64,000 bases of DNA from a virus. Its lineage: Duplodnaviria; Caudoviricetes. The first letter of the stretch is position 1, and the number at the start of each line of letters is the position of its first letter. The notes beneath the pieces are model-generated. The model ran no database searches, was not told where the DNA came from, and saw nothing but the letters and a program-made list of their open reading frames with translations. Positions 36,168 to 47,000 of the stretch are shown one piece after another. The translations under genes were made by a program, and so were the position numbers. The stretch spans positions 96,001 through 160,000 of IMG/VR virus record IMGVR_UViG_3300010355_000898. The stretch is one strand, 5' to 3'.

Positions 36168-37987
36168 ACCAAAGATGTACAGTATACATGTACTCCTTTG
36201 GAAAGCTTTGAGTTGTGGTCAACCCAGAACGCCGTAGGTTCACGGAAGGGTTCGATTCCCTTGAAAAGCCCAAATAGTAGGAAAGAATTGAGAATGCAAC
36301 TGTTCATCACATACAGCGCAATTGCGTTCCTTGCGATTGCAAACATTTGTGGATTGACAAAAACTGTGATCAATTTCAAGAAGGATCGCCTGTTCAATGA
36401 CAGCCAATTGCTCAATGTTGGGTATGAGGTTTCACTAATTGTGGGTGCATTGCTCACTGTTGCATCAGTGGCCATCCTGGTGATTGGAGCATTCTGATGA
36501 AAATCAGCACAGCATTGGTCATCATGTTGGCATCTGTGTTGACCATCGCTGTGTGCAGTGGGATCATTGTGCTGATTGGTGTTGAGAACATTGCAGACAA
36601 GATTGGGGATGATGCAGGCACTGTCAAATCTGTCATCATCCCTGAAGTCAATTGTGTTCTCAAGAGAGCAGACATGAGGAACAGAGCAGAGGATGGGTGC
36701 AGGGATGATACGGGTGTTCTGAGGGGCGCATGTGTTGACAGAGAGTTTGCAAGGATTGATGCTGAATTGAATTGTGAAGGACAGTGATGCTGAAACGAAA
36801 AGAGATTGAGAAGTCATTGACACATGAACAGAGATCAACAATTCCTGTTGATCTGTTGCAGTGTGCAGAAGGGTGTGCAGACCAGTTCAAAGTGTGGACA
36901 GATGACAACTGTCCACTGAACAGTGAATTGAGGAAGGAAGCAATCAGGTTGTTGAAGATTGTGAAAAGGTTCAGGACTGTTGCAGAATCTGTCAAGAACA
37001 GAGCAGTGAATAGTCAGGCATGACCTGTTACAATCAGAACATATGGCGAGGACTGACAGATCTCTACGTCGTGGCGGTTCTGATTGGCAGCCCAAATGGG
37101 CTGAGCCAACGCAATGGCATCGTGGCACTCAATGGTGGCGTTGGATGTACGTCAGCGCTGAGATATTGGAAGGTCCCATGAAAGGATATTGCACAGTCAG
37201 CACTCAGAGTGCAAAGCGTGCAGCGAAGCGTTCAATGGCAAAGTGGGTGCGAAGGCAGGCTCGCAAAGAGATTGCATTGTGTGATCAGTGATGATATTTG
37301 ATAGGTGTAATATTGTCCCACAAGTCTGTGGTGAACGTGTTCTGCAATTGTGGGAAAATGGTGAAGCCTGTTTTCTCAAGGCAATCCTTGAAACAGAATG
37401 GGTAGAACTTCAAGGAAAGATTCAGAATGTTGACAGATTGATGTGGGTTCTGCATAGGATTGGTGGACCCGCTGTCATCTCATCTGCGGGACAACACTTT
37501 TACTATCTTGATGATCTTGAGTATGATAGGATGTGTTACCAACACATGTTGGAAGAACTGGGTATCATATGACACAAGAACAGTTCAGGAATATTGGCAA
37601 AATCCTTAATGAGAGGCGCCAAGACAGATGGCTCTATCCTGAATGGGGCATCCATATTGACAGAGTTGTATTGAAAATCCACAATAGTGGATATGCAACA
37701 AGATCATTGATCAACAAGAGTAGAGGACACAAGAACATTACTCAGTTTTAAACGTCTAAACACTGATGACTCGTAAACAATATGAACGTATCCATCACAT
37801 CCTGCACACAATGAGGCCAGCAGATGGTAAGGGATGTGCTTGTTATGGTATGGGTCCACAATACAGAACTTCTAAAAAGTACAAAATACGGGTGAGGTTG
37901 TCTGGTATTACAAACATTGCTCGTACTGATCAGTATGGAATTACATGGGTGAGTGAATATCCTCACAATTGATGGTAAGATCAGTAT

Positions 37988-38446
37988 ATGATCAGCGATG
38001 TATATGGTGTTTGTGTTCTCATTGTCAAGAATGGAACAGATAAAATCCTTGGTGTGACAAGGAAGAATGATCACAATGATTGGGGTCTTCCTGGCGGGAA
38101 GGTTGAGCTGGGAGAGGACCCAAAGATTGCAGCCACAAGAGAACTCAAGGAAGAGACCGGATTGACAATTGATCCAGGGCTCTTGCTACCGTTGTACAGT
38201 GCATATGCTCAGAATCCTGCTCATCCAGGTGTATGGCGGAGGGTTGTCACATACGGCGCAAGTTTTGAATCCTGCACTGGTGAAATGTACAGTGATGGCA
38301 CAATCCCAGAAGGCGAAGGATTGGTTGGATGGATTGAATGGGATGACATTCTGAAGGGTTCTTTTGGCGATTACAATGCTGGCGTTCAGTTGACATACAA
38401 TTGTGTTGTTGAAGCTGTCAATGCAACTGTTGACCTTTTGGGTTGA
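37988..38446 (+). CDS. Nudix hydrolase
   Basis: Nudix box PGGKVELGEDPKIAATRELKEETGL. Confidence 0.93.
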   Translation: MISDVYGVCVLIVKNGTDKILGVTRKNDHNDWGLPGGKVELGEDPKIAATRELKEETGLTIDPGLLLPLYSAYAQNPAHPGVWRRVVTYGASFESCTGEMYSDGTIPEGEGLVGWIEWDDILKGSFGDYNAGVQLTYNCVVEAVNATVDLLG

Positions 38447-39434
38447 CAGATTGGTGATGTCCACACAATGAAATTGTTGAGAATTTTCACAGATGGTGAT
38501 TCATGCAGTTTTCAATATGACAGGAATGGTTTGAGGCACTGCACAACTGGGCCTGCACAAGTTGAAATAATCAAAGTCAGTGGGCCAAGTGTGCTTGATG
38601 AATGGATTCCTGGATATGTTGTCAACAGAACATATTGGCATCATGGTGTTTGGTGTGTCAACAGGGATGCCGTGCACAGTGCTCATGTTGCTGAACAGAT
38701 GCAAATGTTGGATGCAATGCGAAAATTGGGCAACGCTGAACAGAAGCGATTCTGCAAAGTGGTTGACAAGTTGCACTGCATGATTGAGAGTGTGTTCGAA
38801 CAGAATAGACTCACCCTACCAAATGGTTGAACGCTGATGACTGTGCGAGTTGACAAACTTTCCATTTGGAATTCAGGGCAGTTTGCACTTGACAATCCTG
38901 ATGATGAGAATGATCTGTTTGTACTATCAACTGTGTATAGTGATGGTCGTGAAATGGTGTACAGTGTCAATATGACAACTGATCCACCAAGCTTGGCAGA
39001 TGACCTAATCATAATCATAGGGAGGAGTGAATTCATCCGCCTGTTCAGGTTGTGGAAAAGTTTGGGCCTGATTGTGTGCAATGTTTCCCCAGACAGGATA
39101 TAGTCAAATCATGATCAAGTTGAATCCTGCAACGATCGATCTCATTGCGAAGTACTTCACTGCTGCCAATGTTGGCACCATGCCACAGGATTTGTACATT
39201 GTCTCCTCTGGAAATGTTCCGACACCAGAGAATGATCTGAAGAGGTATTGCACTCTCTACTACACCTTGGCTGAGGACAATCACAACTGTGAAGGAATTT
39301 CACTCCTCAGTGAACTGAGGATGTGGACTCGTGAGGTTTCCAAGAATCCCAAAAAGTGGGTAGAAGAGTTCACCAAGGAATTTGGTGCGGATGCTGTTGA
39401 TCGCATTCAGTGAGGTGTAAAACCCTGGGTCAAA

Positions 39435-39581
39435 ATCCTGGGTCAACAGAACATCATCATGACCACGAGATCCAATATTAGCAGGGGTGTCCAAGACCAC
39501 AGCGAACTGGATTTGAGTGGGACGGCCAGTGGTAACCAACCCATGGCACTCTCCGTGGGAGATGTTCTGTTGACCCAGGAT
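39435..39581. repeat. 21-bp perfect inverted repeat with 105-nt spacer; CCTGGGTCAA copies
   Basis: ATCCTGGGTCAACAGAACATC at 39435-39455 and its reverse complement at 39561-39581. Confidence 0.9.
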
Positions 39582-41497
39582 GGGCTTTCTGTCCTGATGG
39601 ATTGGACCAATTGATGATGTCACAAAGCCCACCCTGGGTCAATTTGGAGACATCTGCAGTATGCTTTACAGTCGGTTGAAGAACCTTTGCACAAAGTTGG
39701 GAACTGATTGCCCACCTGAAACTGTTCAGATCAGTGAACATCCTGATTTGTTGGGAAGATTGCATGTGGGTGGTTTCAAACTTTGTGTTCATGATGATAG
39801 CCAATTGATACTCTTCAACAGTGATGTGAATCCAAAATACACAGTCTGGGTAAACAGTGGAACGTGAACACAGACTAACAATTGACAATAATGGCGGATT
39901 TGCTTTCCGGGGCAAACAGATTGGCCCAAAATCTGGGCCAACTCAGTGTTGGTATGTGAAGCATGACGGTCAGGACATATTCACATTTTTTTGGACAAAT
40001 GATTGTGATAAATTGCACAATCCATATGGGCCGGCAGAGGTCAGAATGATGAGGGATGGTACCATCATACAGGAGCTCTATTGGATCAATGGAAGGAACT
40101 TTGATGAAGAAGAGTTCAACAGAGTTTGTACAAGGTACAGGACAGCTCCACTATGCTCTTGCAATCTCTGAAAAGTTGTGTCAGTTCAGCCTCACTGTAA
40201 CGGCACAATGCAGAGGGAGTTTGCAAACACTCAGATTGAAGACAGTGCAAACAGTTCTGAAACGTGATCCATGGCTGCGACCCATATTGCATCGTATGCG
40301 GAGTTTTTACTGTCAGCACAAAGATTGCACACATTCAAATGATGAATGGTGGCAAATGTGGGTTGAATGGTACACTAAGGATTAGTTGTGAATAGTCACC
40401 CACAATGGGATACTATCATTTGAGAGGTTGATGGCAATGCGAGTACTCTGTGTTAACGCTGACAACAATTCTGAACTGTATGAACTTGAATTTGTCAGTT
40501 ATGATGGTGCATATCCCAACCTGTGCAGTGGTACACTCAGGTTGAGACTGAATGGCAAGGTTGTTGTGTTCCCATCACACAGTCTCATGTCTGGAGGTTC
40601 TGTCAGTTTTGATGATGATTGGAGTGAAATTGTTACGGATGGACCTTGGTCCATCACCAAATATCCAGATGATTTTCCTGACAGTTTGCAATTGAGATTG
40701 GCAGTCAACCGGTTAGTGAATGACAACGTTCCCTGTGGCTGTTGTGGTGGGTGTGTTTAGTGAGCCGTGATCTGCCCAAAATGATGTCTGTTGGTGCTGA
40801 TGGCTTCATCAGTTTTTGGGGAATGCACTCAAGACATGTTTGGATCCTGCACAGGTGGGGAGGCCCATCAATCATATCATCTGACAGATTGGGTGCAGAA
40901 TATCATCTGTTTGGTCAACGCTATGGTGAAAAGTATTATTGGGAACAGATCGCAACTTGGGAAGGTGCTGAAAAACAGGAACACACTCAAATTCATGAGT
41001 GAAAAGTCCTGTTCTGTGTGGTACAGTCTGATCATGATGAAGGCTGATGTGATCAGAATCCTGATGGCAGTTCTCATGTTTGGCGGGCTTGCAGTGACCG
41101 GCGGGATTGCACGCAGTGAGCAACGTTGCACTGTTCAGTTCTTCAAATCTGAATGCCCCCACGTTGCCCTCAGGAGTGTTCAGACACCAACCATTAATGT
41201 TCCCCGGCTGACTGTGAAAAGGACCAACGTGGGTCATCCTGTGAAGAAGCAGGAGGTCAACAGGGATTGTGGGCTGCAACTCCTGAAGATGGGCCCTCGC
41301 GAGCATGCGAGCGAAGCGCGGTTTGTGATCATTTGCGGGTGAAATGATGACACTTGAGATATACAGTACGGGGGAATATAAGTTCCGGGACGATGTCGAG
41401 TGTTTTCATCGACTCAATGGCCCAGCAATACTGTATGAATGGGGAGCTAGATATTGGATACATGGTGTTCAGTACACTGAGGAAGAGTACTGGAAAC

Positions 41498-41959
41498 GGT
41501 GAAATCTCTCTGAGTTCCTGTTAGAATTGATTCAAGAGGATTGAAGTATGAAACCTGAACAGGTGATATTACAAATCTATTCGTGTGGATCATTTTCATT
41601 TCTTTTTGAGAAAGATTACACTACGCTTCATTCTCCGCTTCAATCTTCCCCTCGAGGAGCTCCAAGGGTGAATAAACGTCCTGATGCAGTAAGGGTTCGA
41701 ACTGATCCAAGACCATATCTCGATTTGTTTTGGCATGATAAGTATGGAAAGCCAATTGCCGCAATGAATACGTACAATTACGTAAAATGTTACTTTAAAC
41801 GTAATGGCGGCCACAAAAGTATGGAAACACTCCCACCTGGGAACTATGTTTAAGTGTTCCATCATTGTGTGGTGCAATATTGTCAATGACAGCATCAACA
41901 TGTTCCCTTCATTGAAGGGTGAAATCTCTCTGAGTTCCTGACAGAATTGATTCAAGAGG
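41498..41959 (+). repeat. 42-bp direct repeat (promoter plus SD) flanking one gene
   Basis: 41498-41539 versus 41918-41959, 2 mismatches. Confidence 0.9.
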
Positions 41960-43186
41960 TTGATGAATATGGCCCGTGATTACAACATTGGTGATCTGGT
42001 GTTGATTGTGAAGGGCGCCCGGAAGCACAATGGAACCATTGGCAGGATTGTCCATTTTGGTGCAGGAACTGGGTGTTTCATTGCACCGGAACCCACTGGG
42101 TCAGAAACCCAGCCAGATTTCATCTTTGCGCACCTTCACCATTTGAGGCATTGCAGCGCTGAGCATATGTGTTTGTGCAATGAAACTGATTAAACTGATC
42201 CTGTTCAGTGATGGGCACAGAAAATTCAAAACAGCACAGTGAACATGTTGTCAAAACCACTCGTAAACATAGAATTCGTTCTGGCTTCAAACGCTGAGTG
42301 AACAGTCCAAGAGTTCCTGTTAGAATGGTTCAAGAGGTTGGAAAGACATGGCTAGACATGGCTACTGTTGAATTCATCACTGTTTACGAAGTTCATGACA
42401 CTGACGGCGGAGGGATGGGTGTAAAGCTCACAAAGAGACGGTACAAAAAGTGCGTAAGAGAATGGCTCAAGGGTGAAATGAAGGCTACGGCAGATCGGAT
42501 GCATCGATGATCGATCCAGAAACAAAGAAACGAATGTCACTCTTGATTAAAGGCGGAGAATGTTTCTGGAAGATAAAGATTGGTAAAACTCAATCAACTA
42601 CTATCTTAACAAGACGTCGGATATTGTATCACGCCCAAGTATATTGGGCTTGGGGACCTCTTCCAGAAAGTTTCTCCAGCGCTGTAAGTGATGAGCAATA
42701 TTGCACTGATTTACAGCTAATACCTGGGTGACAATTTCACCACCTCCGGGCCCCTCGAGACCCTCAAAATAATTTTTGTGACATGAGTGAATAGTCCCAC
42801 AGCACCAGGTAGAATGGTTCAGGAGGCTGAGGAAAGAATGCATCGATTACTAATTGAACAGGTGACTGCACAATATCCAGATGCGATAGATTATCTTCTT
42901 GATGCAAAGAAGGATCTTGAAGAAGCCGATGGTTTGCCCCAACGTCCCGATTGTGAGCTACTTGTCAGTATTGACAATGAAAACGTCTTCTACTTCGAAG
43001 ACGGCGCACTCAGAAGTCAGTTTAACATGGATGGTGCAATGACCATTGCAACGTGGTTCCCTGCGTCGAAAAAGGGCAGGAGACCTGGTTATTGGGAGGT
43101 TAATGTTTCTGAGTACTGAACGTACTGAACTGAACTGTGAATAGTCTCCCAAATCCTGTTAAGATCAGATCAGAGGTTGAGGAGAC

Positions 43187-43474
43187 ATGGCAAAGAAGAT
43201 TGAGAAAAAAGATATGGAGAAAAAAGATATGGAGAAAAAAGATATGTTTGATATCATGAACGTTACCGATGTCGTTAACCAAATTGATGTTGACGATTTG
43301 GTCGCTAATCAGGATGACATTGTCGCTGCGGCAAGAAATATTGTCCAATCTTGTGAAGAGTTGCGAGGATTGTCGCGTCGACTTGACAAGATCCTTAATG
43401 AGGTTGGTCAGTATTTCGATGCCTTCGCTGAGGATGTCAATAACCGCGATGAGAATGGTGAGTGGCAGGGATAG
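43187..43474 (+). CDS. Hypothetical acidic protein with EKKDM x3 repeat
   Basis: GAGGAG SD; 15-nt tandem repeat at 43202-43246. Confidence 0.7.
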   Translation: MAKKIEKKDMEKKDMEKKDMFDIMNVTDVVNQIDVDDLVANQDDIVAAARNIVQSCEELRGLSRRLDKILNEVGQYFDAFAEDVNNRDENGEWQG

Positions 43475-43505
43475 GTAACAATCACCAACGGTGAACAGAG
43501 AGTGT

Positions 43506-43533
43506 GAGGGGTCCTTCAGACCCCTCTTCCTGT
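43506..43533 (+). terminator. Probable terminator hairpin
   Basis: GAGGGGTC-CTTCA-GACCCCTC followed by a pyrimidine tract. Confidence 0.55.
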
Positions 43534-43743
43534 TTGTGGTGTGGGGAACAGAGGCCGGTGGTTTTGGTGTATTCTTGATGGCCTCAAGGGCCCCGAAAAT
43601 GGCCCCATTTTGACCCCATTGCCCCGGGGTAGTTTGGCAACCTTTGTGGGGCTGTTCGGGCGGTGTAAGTGCGCTATACCCACACACAAAACGCGAGATT
43701 TTTTCACGTCCAATTCAGTTTGACCCAGCGATCAAACCCGATG

Positions 43744-43876
43744 ACAGACACACTGACTTTATACAGACACACTGACTTTATTTGGGTAAGCTGAAACCGA
43801 ACATATTGATCCGCTGACACACTGACTCTGTTTGGGACACGCTGACTTTGCTGACTTTACAGGATAAACAGACACA
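43744..43876 (+). repeat. Iteron-like direct repeats (GACACACTGACTTT)
   Basis: Perfect 19-bp tandem pair at 43744-43781 plus degenerate copies near 43815, 43835, 43850 and 43868. Confidence 0.8.
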
Positions 43877-44039
43877 TTCCTGCACATGTGTGATCTCCAG
43901 ACCACTGTCTGTTCCAAAAAACGCGCGAGAATTTTTTTCATGCCGAACACTGAACAGTGCACGTGAGGACAGGAGAGAGAATGTTGTCACAGGTTGGGTG
44001 CAATTGCACAGCGGATGTTGTATGATCTGATCAGTGGTT

Positions 44040-47000
44040 GATGGATCATGATCAGTGCTGAGAGATTGCGCAGTCTTGTGGCAAAATGTTTGCCGGAGTT
44101 CTCTGACAACAGAGCGCCCACGCCTGCCGTTGCATTAATGCTGGAGGTTCATGTGTTCAAACCTGTTCTCATGATCAGGTTGTGGACGTGCCCCCAATGT
44201 TGAGTGGGTATTGAGGGGAAGAGTTGATGATCAGTCCTGAGAGATTTCATAAACTGTTCATGAAATGTTGGCCGGCATGCAATGTTACGCATGAAGATAT
44301 CTGTCTATTCATGCAGACATCACACGATCCTGTTTTGTGCATATCTCTGCAAAATGACAAATTTTCAGCCTGGGTTGTGATCCATCCCAAGACAGTGTTG
44401 GGTGCACAGTGACTCGGGTGGGTGCAGTGTTCAGATTGATGTTGCGGATATCAAGATCTGGCGCGGCGGACTGTGCCATACTGAGTAACACTTCAACAGG
44501 TTGGTTTGTGCTGTTCAGTATTACAAGAATAGGAATGTGCAAAATCTGGACACAATTTACCATATCACCAGAGAACGCTGATGTTGTTGAAATGTTTCCA
44601 GTCAGCCGGGATGCAGTGTTCACAGATTGCACAGCAATGTTGCAAAGGATTCGTATGATCAATTGTGTGCAAAGATTGCAATAGTGTAATAGGATCAGAC
44701 TGTATGAATCAAATTGTGGAACCTGAAGACATGCTCATCAGTGCTCAATGGTGTTGGAGGGAAAGGCTGACTGTGATGATTGATTGTGAATTGACATTTG
44801 TTGTGTTCAGAGACCATAAACATTTTGAAGTGCAGGATCAGACTGTGTACATGTTCATTGTGGGACGTGAGTATGAAAGATGCATTGCGTGTGGTTGGGA
44901 GACATCAAATGGTGAGCTTGTGTGGACGCGGCTCGCGAGGGCGATGCTCAACTCTGTGGACATCATTGGGCTCAATGAAGTGAAGAGAACAGTCGCCGCA
45001 GTTAAACATCAGAAAGTTGACTGAGCAGGATATGATCAGAACACATATGACAATCTGGGATAGTGGTGTTGCCATGGCGTACATATCATCACAATGGAGA
45101 GCACAATTGCCAAATAAACCTGCTTCTGTGCACATTTGTGGTGTTGATTGTCAGAATAGATTCATGATCATCTCAAGATGCGTAGCAGGTCCATTGCGAA
45201 GTCGGAGAGCTTGGATCACCGTTGACAGAGATCGTGCAATTGCGCATCTCAGGAGAGTGCAAAGGTTGACACAACACATGAATGGGATTTTGGTTGGAAC
45301 ATGTTGAACGTTGTATTGCGGCTGTATGATGATTTGGGTGGCCACTATCTGAAATGGGAATTCATCATTGTCAACAATGAACAAGAGCGATTGCCTGCAG
45401 AGTTGTTGGATCCAATACAACATCCCAATTGGTTACGATTGGGAGGTTTACGAGACAAAGATTGTGTTGAGGACCGGTTTGAATACTTCAAATCAGCTCA
45501 TATCAATTTTGTGCGTGGCAGGCCCAGAACACAGAGCATCAGCAAAACAGAATTCAAGAGATTATTTATCAGAGCAAAGAGTCACGCAGCGCACATCAAC
45601 AGGCTAATGGTGATGAACTGTGCAGAATGATGATGCAGTTGTGAAAAGGAATGCAATCATGTTGCAACTTGAACTGTCAGTGTACAATTGTGGTTACAGT
45701 TGTCTTGTTCTGTTGTCAGACGCAAAGCCAAATTTTGAGACTGTCATTGTTCAGAGCACATTTGGATCTGTTCTCATTCCACCCAAATTGCAGACTGAAT
45801 TGTACATTCAGGGATACACATTGAGTGCCAATGACAGACGCTCAACCCCGCTCGCCCCGGCCAACATGTTGTCTGTTCACAAACGCATTGCGAGAGTCAA
45901 GAAACTTATAAACTTTATGAACAGAGCATTCAGGAATTGTGAAGGTGAACAGTGTTGAGTCTACATTTGTCAATCTATTGGATGGGTGGCTCTGAATTCT
46001 GCGTTGATGACAGCAATATTGCAGACATTGACTACAGAAAACATTGGTTCATGTACATCTATACTCCGGCGGAGATATATGACTATGAAACAGGTCAATA
46101 TATGGAAACTGTTAAGAAAACTTTCATTCAGATTAGATTTCATCAAAAACAATCCCCAATCAAAAAGCACAATGGAATTGTTTTTGACAGCTCCAGTAGG
46201 TTGTTCTTGCAAAAGAGACTCAACAGATTGCGCAGACTGATTGCCGTGCTGAATGGAGAAACATTGTGACAACCAAACCAAAACTTGTTCTCAGACTGTT
46301 TAGAGCACATGCTGGATATCGTGTAGATCCTCAATTTGTTCTGAGATGTGATGTTGGTAATGATGCAGTGGCAGTCTATGTCTGCACAATGCATCTGTAC
46401 TCTGACCGGTCTGGCTTGCAAGTGGTTGAATTGTATGAAGGCAGTGAATTCTGTCTTGATCGTGAATCGGTTCATCAGTTCATCCTCGGCATGAGGATGA
46501 AATGTTCTGAGACAAAGTTTTTTGGGTTTGATCTGAACTTTCAATTTCTCAAAGAAATGATCCACAGTGATCTGAAAGAATTGAGACGTGTATTGTCAGA
46601 GAAATGGTTGAGGATGTGATTGTGAGTTGACATGCATATGCAAGCTCAATTGAGAATATTTTGTTATGAAAAATTGCAAATGTGTGGAGTACGCACAATT
46701 GTCACTGATCTTGAGATCAGCGGATCAGCAGAACACAGTGAACAGTTGGAGATTGAACACACTGCAATAGTCAACCAATCTTGTGTGCTCACTGAACACA
46801 TAGTTGATGTGTTTAGACATGATTATAATGGAAATTTGTTGTTGAAATTTTCAGCACATTGTCACAGTGAAGAGCATGCTGTCAGGTTGATCAACAGAGC
46901 ATGCAGGATGGTAAAGTTCATCAATAGTGTGCAAAGATTGCAATGAAAATGGTAGTGTGTTGAATGTGTGTTCATGAATTCACAATGCAAATTTTTGATG

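Noticed and set aside
41498-43876. CRISPR array
   Set aside because: The repeats are separated by whole genes or are directly tandem; there are no regular 30-40 nt spacers and no cas genes.
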